From: Selaginella moellendorffii
Lineage: Eukaryota > Plantae > Lycopodiophyta
Direction: 5' to 3'
Length of the DNA: 64,000 nucleotides
Assembly (NCBI RefSeq): GCF_000143415.4
Contig: NW_003314272.1
Span: 2,567,728-2,631,727 of the forward strand
Below are positions 34,938 through 49,000 of this stretch, in pieces. Under the pieces are notes generated by a model. The model was given only the letters and a program-made list of their open reading frames with translations. It made no database searches and had not been told where the DNA came from. The position numbers and the translations under genes were made by a program. Each line of letters starts with the position of its first letter. Within the stretch, counting starts at the first letter, position 1.

Positions 34938-36451
34938 TCAGTTACTCTCCAAGCGGAGGCGGCGTGATTTCCTCGGCCGCCTCTGGCTCCCCTCTTCTTC
35001 TTCCTGCTCGTCAGCTTGAGATTGGCTGCCTGGGACTGTCTCCCTGGCTCGGTTCCGGGATGTCTTCCGGATCGGCGTCACAGTAGCAGCCGCCGCGGAC
35101 TCGACTCGGTCCGGCATTAGCTCCTGATTCTCGTCGAGTGATTGATGCATAGTCTGGATGGAAAGGGAAAGCGTCAGCCAAACCAGAAAGAGGAGGGACA
35201 TAAGTTGTCTGACCACCCAGTCCTGATAATCCAATCGCAGTACAAACTGCGTGTTGACAACGTTACCGCTAGCGCGGTCATCCTTACTGGGTGCGTTCTT
35301 GGGGACTGCAGAGAGAGATCATTCAGCAACCAGAAAGTCTGCTGAGAGACATGTACCTATGTGGATAACACCATTGTCACAGCTGATCTCCACCCTCCCG
35401 TCTTTCACAAGGAAAGACAACGCGAAGATGTTCTCAATTGTTTGCGCAAAGCTCTTCCTTTTTAAAACGAGCGCCTCGAACCGCACACGCTTATGAGTCC
35501 GCAAAATCCTGAACATGGTTTCAATGTTTTTGTCCGTCTCAGTACTCATATTTTCCACTGCTTCAACCTGGAACGGAGAAAGACAAAAGAAATTAAAAAA
35601 ATTAAAAAAATCAAAACTTGATTCACGAATTCGCTGATATACTCACTTCTTGAGGACGGGTAGAAGGCCCAGGCTTCTCTCGGGTCCTCGGTGCAGGCCT
35701 TTTTCTCTGCTTCGGCACAATGTCCATAGGCCCGACCCTTAAAAACGCGACATTTCGTTAAGACGTGATGGTTCAAACAAGGACGAGACTTACATGGTGC
35801 TGAGCCCAGGAGCGTCACAGATGAACTCGGAGGCCTCGTAGCCGAGCTTCATCCAATCAATGCCACCGCCGTCTTTGCATTTATGGATGGCCACCGAGCA
35901 AAAGTCCGCTGACGTTGGGCCACCGTTTTGTTGCATGCCCTTTGCATATTGAACAACGCAAGCCGAAAGATCGCGTATAGCTTCCAGGTCGGCTATTTGC
36001 TCGCGAGGCCTCTCCACTACAAAAAAAGAAAAAAGAAAAAAAATAAAAGAAATAAAACGCGAGGGATAATTCACCAGAAAAGAGATCACAATGAAGGTTC
36101 ATACCTTTGTTATAGAGACTATCCACGCGCCCAATGAGCACATTAAATTTCTGGGAGTCACGCACAATGTCATCCTTCTCGCCTACGAACAAATGCCCAA
36201 GAGGAATAAGTGATCGTAGCGTTTGAAAGAAAAAAAACAATAAAAAAGAAAAGGAAAGAAAGAGAGCGCGCACCTGATATTTCACTTTTGAGATCCCTGT
36301 AACACGACCTGATCGATCGTAGCTCCGACGCGGACATTTGGGGGCCAGACCCTCCCTCCTGAGAGGCTTGCGTCGGCGCTGGAGTGCCGAAATCGCCAGC
36401 GCTACTCCGCCGTCTGGAGCTCCCCATCCTGCTGGACTCACCTCTCGCCAT
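34938..36451 (-). CDS. NSE4: Non-SMC element 4 (kleisin of the SMC5/6 complex), multi-exon
   Basis: ELRSIRSCYRDL, VERPREQIADLEAI, IDWMKLG, TETDKNIETMFRIL, KSFAQTIENIFALSFLVKDGRVEI, with short introns. Confidence 0.88.
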
Positions 36452-37007
36452 GGCGCGCCCCGCCCACGAAAGCTTCAACTAGACTCCAGGGCGGCAAGAA
36501 ATTTTCATGAAAAAAACGCTAGGCTATGGTTCGAATCCTGCCCTAAAAAAAAGCTTAGAAAACTCAGGGGGCTGGGGTTCGAATCTCCCGCGCTCCCAGA
36601 AAATTTAAGAAGCTGAAGCTTAGCGCACGGCTAGGATGCTGCCACGTGCCGGGCTAATCCTCTTCTCGCGTACTGCTTCTAAAAGCCGAGTCTCTGGGAA
36701 TTCCACACTTCAGTCCGTGGTATAATCTCCACCCTGTCCAAGAACCTCTCTAAACTTTGAGCAATCTCTCAGCTTCCATAGCTATAGCAGCCGCTGGAGA
36801 GCCATCGACATGAAAACTTCTGTAACGTAGAGGTGCAAATACCATGAGCGAGAAAACCTTGGCTCACCTTTAAGACTTGGTGAATTGGCGGCGGAAAAAT
36901 AGTAGAGTCTAGCATTTGTGAGTGGTCAAGGCCGGCGGCAAGGAGAAACCAGCCGCGGTTAATCAATCGCTGTCATTATTGTCCACAAGCTACAAGCTTG
37001 GCGGTGA

Positions 37008-39357
37008 TTACGCTCCGTAAGGTGACATTTGTGCTCCTTGAAGTGAGACCCCCGCTCCATCTTGCAACTGTTGCATTGAACAGATTAGAGAAGAGTTTCT
37101 ATGAAAATCAGAAAGAGCAAAAGAAAGAGCTACCTGTTGTTCTTGAGTCCACGTATAAGCTGGCATTTGGGACATTCTATAGTATGGTTCCTTGAGATCA
37201 AACTTTCCAGAAGAGCTCTGGATGGTTGCACCTTGGCCAGCCCCGGCTCCCCATGATGTGGCTATACAGGATTTCAGAGGATTCAAGACGTCTTCCAAGC
37301 AAACAACTTACTTGACATGCTGAGATTTATTGTATAGCTCTGAGCACTGTGCGCCGACAAATGCAACCGCGTTGTGATTGTCTGTCCGGCCATAACGTAC
37401 AAAGGTTGAGAGAGCACAAGCCTCAGTTGATACCAATGCGTCGTTGGTGCTCCAGGGGCCGTTGTCAGCCATCTCGGGATAGTACTGCAAATAACGAGAA
37501 GATCAAGCATGTTTTAAGAAATTCCTAGAATGCATCCTTACCTTCCATTGAAGAGGACGTCAAACCAGCAGGCTATGCCGTGAACTCTTGCAGCCATTGT
37601 TGCTGTAAAGGTTAAAGGAATGACAATGTCGTACAAATCTTCTTCCTAACAAGCTGCAGTCAGATGCATTGCCACAATTTCCAGTACAAACCCGATATTC
37701 ATACCTTCATGGAAGTCAGATCAAGAGAATGCATGGCTGGAGGCGCAACGAGAAGTCGTGGATCAAATGCATCAACTACGGGCTGCACATACTATTTAGA
37801 CCACAGCAACAATGAAGAACTGAATGGTGGTACCTGAGAAAAATAGCCTTGAAATGCGGCATTATGCAAAGGGGTCAGGTCTACACCGTAGTAGCTCTGT
37901 TGTTGCCAAAACAGTGCCTGTCGATACACCAGGATGCAATTTAGAAGACTATCCTCAAGATAAGTGTACCTTATTAGCAATCTCGACGAAAAGGTATTCA
38001 TCGCTGAAGGGAGCCATGTGGATTCTGAGAATACACGTATGCCACTGAGAGCAAGTATTGAGGGACAAAAAACTCACCTCCCAAGACCAGGAAACATTTT
38101 CCCGCCAGGGACCAAAAACCGGTCTCTAGCGATGATATACGACTCTAGCATTCGCTCGTTTACAAGCAAAGTTCCTGCAATAGCAAAAAAGGGCTGTAAA
38201 ACACACAAGCACCTCCAAGAGCTCACCCATGGGCTCGGAAATAAGAACATCTGCTTTTTCCGGAAGTTCGACATCTTCCACTTTACCGTGAATTACCTGG
38301 CCACAGTGACATGAGTTTAAGGTTGATAAACCTGCAATGCTTACTGTTATGCGCTGAGATAACACATGGTTGCCAGCAATCAGTTTTCGTGCATAATCTG
38401 CCATGGATGAAGCCTCTACTGCGTAGACATGCTTCGCACCAGCCTTCCACCAAAAGACTTAGAAACACAAAAGGAGATTCTCGAGAAGTTAAAGTAACTT
38501 ACCTGAGCAGCAAACAGAGATAATATGCCACTTCCAGCGCCGACATCAACCACAACTCGGCCCTGAAAGTCCGCACGATTCTCCACCACAGCGGCATAAT
38601 AAGTGCCTGGTCATAATAAAAAGAGAACCCTGACTTGAAAACCGAATCGCATTGTTTCGCTGAGAAAAGGGAAAACCTGTTCTCACGTAGTCCTGTAACA
38701 TATTTTGTTGATGGAGGAGTTGTCCATAGTAGTGGAAATACATCTTGGCAGACGACGCTTCGATCTTCTTATCAAACTTACTGGAATCCTTCGCGACTTC
38801 TGTAGAGCCATTAGGCAGTTTCATTGCTGCAACAGAGACATCGTCCTTAGTAATGACTTCTGTTTCAAAAGATAGAAAAAAACCTTTATTCGGGCTGTGG
38901 ATCGCATCAAAAAATGTGTCGCTCGACTCTTCTGACTTGAATTCCGCGGTAAACGTTCTAGGATACACAGCCTACAAAATATCTAGCATCAAAGCACTAG
39001 AGGAACCTAATACTCTACCTTGTTTGCTTCATCCTCGACAGTATTCACAATCCAAAGCTGAGTCGATGGGCCTATTCTAAAAATCTACCAGCCAAAAGAA
39101 AAAAATCAATAACAAAATTAGATCATGCCGTGAAGGCTTACCTGACAGCGCTGCAAGTAAAATTGCTCCTGGAAAGGAGCTGGAGCTTCATCCCCCTCTG
39201 AAAAATGCCCCACAAACTCCACAAACGAGCCGCGCTGATCGCAGCACAGCCTGGCCGTGACATCGATTCCTGATGCTGCCGCCGCATCTCTCCCCGCTCC
39301 CGAGACAAATCGAATTCTTATGTCATTGAAGGCCCGCAGCTGCGGCGACGCGAGCAT
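37008..39357 (-). CDS. PRMT4: Protein arginine methyltransferase CARM1/PRMT4, multi-exon
   Basis: [99 protein letters not shown]. Confidence 0.95.
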
Positions 39358-39405
39358 TTGAGCAGCAGCAAAGCGCCGAGCCGCAGCCGCTCCCTGCGCT
39401 GAGTG

Positions 39406-39431
39406 AAACCCTAAAATAGGGCGTAGGGTTT
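39406..39431. promoter_or_regulatory. Inverted pair of telo-boxes upstream of PRMT4
   Basis: AAACCCTA (39406-39413) and TAGGGTTT (39424-39431), 50-75 bp upstream of the ATG. Confidence 0.55.
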
Positions 39432-39549
39432 TAAGATAGAATCTCAATAACCTGGCAGAGCATATTCTATTGTAAAGCCTATTAGGATCAACTATATATA
39501 ACAACATTTTTCTGATGGAGACCAATGGCTAGAGGTAGAGCATGTGGCG

Positions 39550-41000
39550 TGGAAGATCTTATTTATTTTGTTCTCCGACAAAGTTACAAAAGTTGTGAGT
39601 TTTTGCAGTATAATGATCATCTTGTTTTCAATCCAAAGATCTTTGGAGCCTTTAAAAAGTTTATGGATATTGTAATCCTTAAAAGTAACTTGTTCTAACT
39701 AATAAAATGTGTATCTAGATGAATTTTTAAGTCTTCTCAATGCACATTACCCCATGTTCTTTTAAGGAGTATAATAATTCTTGTCAATTGCATTAATATG
39801 TAAGGCAATACACCATAAAAGTATCTATCCATAAATTTCAATTTTATCATTGTGAAGATGGCTACAATGCCATATATTAATATTATTGTAGTGGGATTTT
39901 GATGGCCATCAAATTCGTTTCATATACACATTTTTATATTCCATTTTCATATTCTATACACTTAAATTGGTTGGTGGAGGAGAAGGATAGTTTTGATTGT
40001 TCTTAAGGAGTATTTAGATTTGGGATTTTGATTTAGATCTAGTTTTTGAATCATTTAAATCTCCATTTCCTTATAACTTTTTTAATTTCTTCTTTTTTAT
40101 TTTTTTCCTTTACATTCATCTTCTTGGAAGAGCAATAACTTCCCCCTCTTTTGACTTTGGAATAGTAGTTGGTGCAATTGTTGGATGTTATGTGGTTACA
40201 GTCGAACAATTAAAGTTTGAATAGTTGCAAAACAAGTAGTAGGGCAAAAAAAAAAAATGTCAATCTTCTACTAATGGTAAGTTAGATACTAAAAATTTCT
40301 CAAAACACTTTATAGACCATATTGATAAAATACTATTAAAATATGATATAGATATTATAAAAAATTTAAGGTTTGTATTCCATTTAATCAGAAGGATGTT
40401 GCAGTGTTGATGATACCCCTACAAGAAGTTGCTAAAGAGCCACTTGAGCTTATATACATACAACTCTCTTGCCTAAAGATCCAGATTTTCAAGTGGCTAT
40501 TGAGCAACTTCTTGTACACAAGCATTATCAACACTACAACATTCTTCTGACTATATAGAATACTATACAAACAAATTTTAAATTTAATGACTTGACATAG
40601 ATCTACCATTGCTTTGGGTGGTAGACATAAATGTGATCTGTACAGCCTTCTTGTTAAGGTAAAAATCAATGAGGTTAATCTTCTTTTGATGCAATTGTTA
40701 TGATCTTAAATGTAAAAATGTAAGAGAATTTTCAGATTAGTCTTACATACCCTGTTCAAAGTGAATTGTCACATGCTCTTGACATTGTCCTAGACATCGT
40801 CCTCTGAAATGTCGTACGGATTTATATTTCCTTGCTTGTAATCAACACTTTGTTCTACATTGTCACAAGATTTTGTGTCATGAGAATCTATGGTTACCTT
40901 GTATGTGTTCTTTGAGATAACTAAGTGGTAGAGTAAAACTCATACATGCTAAGACTATCAATCATCAAATCACATTTCCAATCTAACAATTATAAAAGAA
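39550..41000 (-). mobile_element. AT-rich, heavily decayed element, possibly a DNA-transposon (MULE-like) remnant
   Basis: Abrupt AT-rich island between two conserved genes with fragmented, stop-riddled coding-like sequence. No termini identified. Confidence 0.25.
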
Positions 41001-42107
41001 GTTGATAACTATTTTCAAAATTAATGCTGTAGACTGGAGCCCGTTCCAACCCACTGGAGGCCATCAGGAGGATGATGAATAATGGAGTCCGGCAGTGGTC
41101 ACATTGCTGCTGCTCCACCACGAAGGGCATAACGTTTGCAAATGCAGAATGTCATACAGATTAAGACACAATATGCATGCATAACCTGAACAATTAAACG
41201 ACACAGGCAGCCTGGAACCTATGCAAGGACCACCAATAAAGATGACGAGCTTCCAGTGGTGTTAGAGATAAAACACTTAGTAAGAAATATGATCCAAAAT
41301 TCTCTGCAGCCACTGGAATTGCAATAACCGCTGTGCAAAGTGCCATGGAACAATGCACAATAGATACAACATTTTTATCTAACATACAAAGACCTATTCT
41401 TCGCTAGAATATAGTACCATATTCATTTGCACCTATAAGGTTGATTTCTAGCACTCAACTGACGTTTTACCTCCAGAATTCAGACAATCAAGCTTGAGAA
41501 CACCTTGTGGATCAAGCTTTACCAAAGAAGACACGACCCAAACTCTAAGAGCTGGCCTGAATTGCAAGAGCAAGGTCACCACGTCATAGATCCTCACGAC
41601 CTTGATGACAACCTAACCACCCGGGCATCCATGCGACTCTCATTTGGAGATCGCTCTTGGACGAGAAAATCCGCGTGGTCCTTACATGCCATCCATGTAA
41701 GGATGGATGGCTAATCCCCCTGCGCGAACATCACCACGCCGAGCCCTTTTAATTAGTGCAATTTGTTTGACCAGTAGTTGCGTACTGCTTCGTGTCGCAG
41801 CAAGTGGTCATGCTGGAGATACAGACGTGATGTAGACCATGCTCAGCTTGTAAGCTCTAGTTTCCATGTAAAGACGCTAAAATTCATCGGCATTAATGCT
41901 TATTGGTACAAGAGGTTTTTTGTTCTTCTCAAACTCTTCTTGCATTGCACTTTGCATGGCACAAATTAAGAAGAGAATCAGCTAGCACACAAATAAAGTG
42001 CTGACTAACATTGACTATGTCAGCTTTGCCATCGAGTTTATTGTTTTGAGAGAAGAACATGGATGTAAATATCTATACAACATGTATGTAGTTGGACCAA
42101 GTGTGAT

Positions 42108-43850
42108 TTACCCAACACTGTTCTCCAGTTTCAAGCTCATAAGCTGATTTACCTCGGCCGCAAACTCAAGAGGCAACTCGTTGAAAACTTCGCGGCAAAA
42201 GCCACCGATGATCGTCGCCACTGCCTTCTCCGGCTCGATCCCCCTCTGCTGGAAGTAAAACAGCTGGTCCTCGCCGATCTTGGACGTAGTGGCTTCGTGC
42301 TCCACTCGAGCACTCGGGTTCTTGTCCTGGAAGTGACAAGATCAGAAAGAAACCTCGATCAAAACCACGAGAAGCAGAAAGCTAATGGAGCTTTTGCATA
42401 CCTGCGTGTAAGGATAAGTATTGGCGACGCAGTTGTTCCCGATGAGCATCGAGTCACACTGCGAGAAGCTCCTCGAGTTGTCGGCGGTGGGCTGGATCTG
42501 GACGAGGCCCCTGTAGCAGTTCCGGGACTCTCCAGCAGATATCCCCTTGCTCACAATCCGGCTCCTCGAGTTCTTCCCGACGTGGATCATCTTAGTGCCC
42601 GTGTCCGCCTGCTGCCTGTTGTTGGTGACGGCCACCGAGTAAAACTCCCCCACCGAATCGTCCCCTCGCAGTATAACGCTCGGGTACTTCCAAGTGATGG
42701 CCGACCCGGTCTCGACTTGCGTCCACGAGATCTTCGATTTCTTCCCGGCACACAGCCCCCGCTTCGTCACAAAGTTGTAGATTCCTCCTCGCCCCTGAGC
42801 GTCACCCGCGTACCAGTTCTGCACCGTCGAGTACTTTATCTCGGCTCCCTCGGCACAGTAGAGCTCCACAACCGCTGCGTGGAGCTGGTTCTTATCGTAG
42901 GACGGGGCAGTGCATCCCTCCAAGTAGCTCACGAAGCTCTTCTCGTCGGCGATGATCAAAGTCCGCTCAAACTGCCCGGTTTCCAGCGCGTTGATGCGGA
43001 AGTACGTCGAGATCTCCATCGGGGAGACGGTGTTCTTGGGGATGTAGCAGAAGGATCCATCGCTAAACACGGCAGAGTTTAGAGCGGCATAGTAGTTGTC
43101 CGCGACCGGAACCACGCTGCCCAAGTACTTCTTCACGAGCTCCGGGAACCTGTGGACGGCCTCGGAGATGGAGCAGAAGATCACCCCGGCGGCCTCGAGA
43201 GTTTTCCTGTGCGTGGTGGCGATGGAGACGGAGTCAAAGACGGCGTCCACGGCGACGTTGGCCAGCCTCTTTTGCTCCGTGAGAGGGATCCCGAGCTTCC
43301 GGAACGTCTCCAGGAGCTCCGGATCCACCTCGTCCAAGCTCTGCTTCACCTCCTTCTGCTTTGGGGCGGTGTAGTAGCAGAAGTCCTGGAAGTCGATCTT
43401 CGGATAGGTGTTGTCCGACCAGCTTGGCTCTTCCATCTTGAGCCACTGGCGATAGGCGTTGAGGCGGAACTGGAGGAGCCAGTCGGGCTCCTTCTTCTTG
43501 GAGGAGATCAAACGGACAGTGCTCTCGTCCAGGCCCTTGGGGATGGACTCGGACGCCACATTGGAGACGAATCCCCACTTGTAATCCCTGTCCAGGAACT
43601 GCCGGATCGTCTCATCGCTGCTGCTGCCAGTGCCGCTACTGCTAGGCTTGATTTCCAAAACCTCCGGCGGAGGGATTTCGGCGCGAATCGAGCTGAATCG
43701 CCTGCTCTTGCGAGGGATGTCTAGAGATTTTCTTACCTGGTACAGCCTCCCTCCCAGGAAGCCGATCGCCGGCTGCGGCATTCCAATCCATGGCTTGCTC
43801 GAGGCGCCCGCCTCGGAGAAGCAATTGAGCTGCGTCATCGTCGGCGCCAT
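42108..43850 (-). CDS. SUFB: Plastid Fe-S cluster scaffold SufB (ABCI8/NAP1); exons 43850..42402 and 42326..42108
   Basis: [81 protein letters not shown], with a transit peptide. Confidence 0.97.
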
Positions 43851-43971
43851 TGTTTAGCCCTAGAAATGGGACACGTCATCGTCTTTTAGGGTTCTTGGGC
43901 GGCACTATTAGGGTTTCGCTGTCGCGAAACGCGATCGCTAGCTGGGCAGGGTTTGGGAGCGGTCGTCGGAG

Positions 43972-45960
43972 ATGGAGGACGAAGAGTGGAATGAGGAGGA
44001 GGAGGAGGAGGAGGGGAATGCGGACTTGACGCTGGGAATTCTGTCCAAGGCTCTGGGAGCTCTGTCCAAGGCGCACAGCCGGCGCGCGGCGGAGCTCTCC
44101 AGCTCTCCCTCGGATCCGGCGGAAGATGTGAGCAAAGTAGACGAGTCGAAAGAGATAACCGATCTAACTCCAGACAGGGATGGCGCTCTAGAGATTGTCA
44201 AGGAGAAGGGAGTGAAGAGGCGAGACGCCGGCGAAGAGGGGGACGAAGACGATGATCTAGAGAAGCATGGGAAGTCTTCCAAGAGGAACAAGTGTGTGGA
44301 TTATGGGAAGGGAGAAGTGGAGGAGAAGAGCAATGCCGAGAAGAGATCGAGGAAGAGAAGCAAGGCCAGAAAGCCCAAGGTGAGCGCAAAAGTTTACGAT
44401 TCACGGAAGATCATCGCCTTTTTCTTTCACGTTTTTTTTTCTTTGTTGAAGGACGATGAGCCAGCAGTTCTAGCAACTGAGACGAAAGAAGTAAATCCTC
44501 CGCCAGAGAATCTGGCATTCCGGAAGATCCTGGTAGAGCTTTGGTTTTTTCCGGTTCTTCGGTTTTCTTGCTCACTTAAGCATTCTTTTTCTTTTGTGTG
44601 TAGCGTCAACCTCGTTACTTTGATGATCCGGAAGATATCGAGGCGTCGCGAGCGACTTGCTACAACTGTGGCGATCCCGGGCACCTCGCTTTCGAGTGCA
44701 CGGCTCCAAAGCCATGCTACGTTTGTGGCGACTTTTCTCACGATGGAAGGCACTGCAACCAGGTAAGCTCCTTGGAAGTCCATCGAAACCAAAGCAAAAA
44801 TCTTCGGGCCGGTCGCAGCAATCGCAATGCTTCAAGTGTGGAAAAACCGGCCACCAAGCGAGAGCGTGCCCCGAGAAAGGCAAGCGAGGACGAGGAGGAG
44901 CCAGGCAGGAAGAAGGCGTTTGCTTGCTGTGTGGCAACTCGGGCCATGGATATGGCTCGTGCCGAGGAGATTACGAAGCGTCCGACTTGGAGGTACTCAC
45001 AGACCTTTGCACTGCTCTTCCGATACGAAGAACAACACGACCTTGCTCGCTGCTGTGCAGGCAATCCAGTGCTACGTCTGTAAAAAATTTGGCCACCTTT
45101 GTTGCCTGGACGGCCTGGGAGACGCCCCGAGGCTCGCGTCGTGCTACAACTGCGGTGATACCGGTCACTCTGGCATGGTGAGAACTTTTCTCTTCTCTTC
45201 TCCTTGGTAGCTTTGATGCTCTCTATCCAGGCCTGTACGAGGACGAGAGGTAACTCCTTCCCTCCGACGCCCAAGACGCAATCAGCGAAGAGCCAAGCAG
45301 CGAAGAGCCAAGCCGCGAAGAACCACAGCACCCCAGGCGCGAAGAACCACGGCACTCCCACTCCGCAAGCGGCACTACCGCCGCCGCCGCCGCCGCGGCC
45401 CTCAAAGCAGTGCTTCAGCTGCGGTGAAGAAGGCCATTTCTCGCGCGAGTGCCCGAAAGTAAACGACGGCGCCGCCACCCCGGCTCCCGCCGCCACCCCG
45501 GCTCCCGCCGCCACCCCTCGCCGGGGCGAGAAGTGCTACAACTGTGGTGGCGAAGGCCACTTTGCCCGCGAGTGTAGCAATCCCCCCTCGACCCCGTCGT
45601 GCTACAAGTGTGGCGAGACCGGTCACGTTGCTCGACAGTGTAGTGCCCAGCCGCAGGTCTGTCGCTTGTATCAAAAGCACTGAGATGGAATTCGTTTTCT
45701 CGTTGCTGCTTGTGCAGGCCAAGCGTAACCCGGAGCCGGAGACCAAGCTCCCTCGCTGGATGGAGATCCAAACTAGAGACGATCGGCAGCAGCAGCAGCA
45801 ACTTAATGGCCTGTTGACGCCGCAGAAGATGTATCACAGAGTCGCCGATCAGGACCAACGTAACAGCAAGAAGCAGAGGGCACTGGCGGAGTTTGCACAG
45901 GAGAAGTCGGCCATTCGGCTGCCAAAGTGGTGCGCAGTAGAAAGCGCCGAACAGAGGTGA
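43972..45960 (+). CDS. Multi-CCHC zinc-knuckle protein (AIR1/ZCCHC7-like), multi-exon
   Basis: Acidic N-terminus and many CX2CX4HX4C knuckles (CYNCGDPGHLAFEC, CFKCGKTGHQARAC, CLLCGNSGHGYGSC, CYVCKKFGHLCC, CFSCGEEGHFSREC, CYNCGGEGHFAREC, CYKCGETGHVARQC). Confidence 0.8.
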
Positions 45961-46071
45961 GCTGCCGTTTTTGTTGATCTCTGCAAATGCAGATCCCCGA
46001 TTGATTAATTGCACACCTGCTATGATACAAAACCACCAAAATTGCAGTTACCCCTGGTGGTAACTTCCCGC

Positions 46072-49000
46072 TTACAAATCGCCGCTTTCGATCCTTTCCA
46101 GCAAGTCCGTCCTTGTTTTACGCTTCCAGTTGTTCATGGACGCTACCAGGTTGATGAGGTTGATGATTTGTTGCTTGGAGTACTCCTGTAGGAAGAGAGA
46201 AACTGTGAGAACTGTATACTGATGGAGGAATGGACTCACCGGATGAGATTTAGCCCAGTACAAGAATTCTGTTTCGGGAAGATAGAATGCCTGACGAGAA
46301 AACAACTCGTAAGAATGTCCAAATTGCCAAAAATGAGCAGACCTTTATGTAAGCGTCCACAATCTGGAGGTTTGCTTTCAGTTTCGCGGGAGCAAGATGT
46401 TGCAAGCCGTTTATTAGAACCTGCAGCAAGCGTTGCTCAATACTCGCAAGAAACGAAGACAAAATGCCCATGCCTGAAGGTCCAGAGACATGACCGCACG
46501 TCCCTCGTTATTACACCTCCTTACTCTCGAAAGGCCTTCCACGAGTGTCTCCGCCAATATATCCACTCCGTATTGCAGGAGAAGTTCATGGACCTGAAAC
46601 GCCGTCAGATAACATACAAAGTTTGTAATGGCTTTTACCTGTCTGGAGACGCCGGCGTTTGACAAGCGCACAGTATACTGCTTGAATTCGCCAAGAAGTG
46701 AATCTACATATCTGCATCCGGAGTTCAGATTAACAACACTTCCCTCGCTCTTTGAGACGTCTTACCCGTTGTGCTCCATGCCAAGCTCTTTAAGCTCCCA
46801 TCTTGTATTGGATATACGATCGAAATATGATCCTATATTTAGCAAAAGACGAGCACCTGTCTTGTATACGTGCTCTCTCAAGTCTATGGATGCATCGACC
46901 TGACAAAAAAGAAACAAATCAGATCCAAAGCAGTTGTTTCAAGTCATTGTACCGTTCTGGCAAAAAACTGGTCTACAAATGGTAGAGCATTTTGATGCAG
47001 TAGCGATTGAAGATGCTGACGAGAATTTCTTATAAGCGTGGCAAGAAAAATGAGCGATTCCGCCGCAACCGTACGCTCCTGTCAAGTAAGTATGAATTAG
47101 CAACCACCTGTGGCTGCTAAATGAAAAACACCTTAATGGCGAAAAAATTGCTGGGAGAAACCATGCCTGCGCCGAATCCTTGTGACGACATCTCAAAAAC
47201 TCCAGCATTCATGGGTTGAGGATGCCCAGCAGCATATTTCAACCTTTGCTCTTCCAGCTGCTGAGAGATTCTAACCAACGCTCCTCTGAGACGACCGGAA
47301 ATTACTGAGAAACAAAAGTACTTTCAGAAACAGACTGAAATGAGTGTTCTTACCAGGAGAGTCAGAAGGCGCTCTCCCACTGAACAAATCACGTTGTCCG
47401 AATGTTTTGAAAACAATAAAAAAGTAGAGCTCAAACACTTGGCTAAGGCCCTATTAAGCAACCACAAGATATCAAACCACCCGCCGTATGTAAACTAGTA
47501 CCTTGAAAACTTCCAGACTGATAGGCTCCAATATTTGCATGAGCCTTGCATATCTATCAATGGACCTATCCAGCAAAAGATAAAAAACAACGTAACAAGA
47601 TTTTTCAATCAAACAAGCGCCAAACCTGAGCATGTTTATCGACGAGCTGGTTAATGTTATTCGCTCATCATCACCAGCATTGGATTTGGTTTCCAGCCGA
47701 CCGGGACGTTGACTGTCCTCGTCAATAAAATCCGCCAGAAGATCCTCGTTTTCTTCTTCTTCTTCTTTAGGGGTCACATTGCTCGGCATTTTTCCGTGGG
47801 GAGAACCGTCTACTTTTCCCGAGCTCACGTCTGCAATTCTCGACTCAGTAAATGGATTCCCTTTCCTTAACCACTCGGTGAATCCCTGCTGCACCTCCAA
47901 CTTTTCACCAGGCTTTAGCATCATGGACTCAGACGTGGTTGACGCAACTATCGGTGCACCATTTCCTGTAAGTCCGGCTAGATTTAGTGACTTGAGAAAA
48001 CCGGAGGGAACCCTTTGCCATGGTTCCTTTTCTAGCATCATACGTAAGACCTGCCGTCGGAAAAACACCTCAGAGCGACGTCAAAACAGTTCGGAAAATT
48101 ACCTCGAGGTTTTGTCGATGAAAAGCTCCAAAATATTTTTCGCTCTGCTTCACCAGTTTAGCTCGCAAAGGTATGGCTTCGGCACCACTGAAGGCTTCGC
48201 CAGCAAGAATAAACTTGTTGAGCAGATCAAGGTTCAGTAAGAAATGATGAGCACTAGCTGCACAGAACGCATCAGAAGACAGAAGTGCAGATACTCTTCG
48301 CGCAGCAAGCTCCCAGACAGTCTTCCTCCCCTTTTCTAGCCCTTTCCCAACCGCTCGTGCCACCTCCATCCGCAGCCTGTTTCTAGAATCCAGCATATTT
48401 TCAGTTAATGCTGGTCCATTTTGCATCCTTCCACTGACAGAATCGTCTTTTGTTCCTGACTCCAGGGACGAGCTATGACGGTGCGCTGCTTGAACAGGCT
48501 GACTCAAGCTTCCTTGGCTACGGCTCCGGTGAAGGGCACCGTTGGATACAGCTGATGTCTAAAAAGTAAAAAATTCTACGTTCAGAAGCATGTAAAATTC
48601 AATTCAAACCTGAAGTTTCCAATCGCACGCCATCATTCGGAAATAAGAGCATAGTATATCGTAGAGTAGTTCCAGAGTTTTGAAAAGGCAGGGACGGTAA
48701 CTAGTGTCTGGCAATCTCAAGCATAGATCATTATATGGTAATCTGAAAAATATCCGAATGTTAAATGACATCTTAGTTCCTGTCTGCTCACCTTCCCCTT
48801 CTCTGAGCTGCTTGTAATTCGTCCGTCTGTACAAGGAACATCAAATAAGGCATACATAATGTCGTAGGCAAATAAACCTGAGGTAGATACTCCTTCAGGA
48901 CCGAATGTGTCCTTGCTACAATGATCTGAGCATAAAAAGTTTGTGTCTTATCAGAGAGTCCTGGAACATCGTCTATCATGGCATATGCGTCAATAACCTG

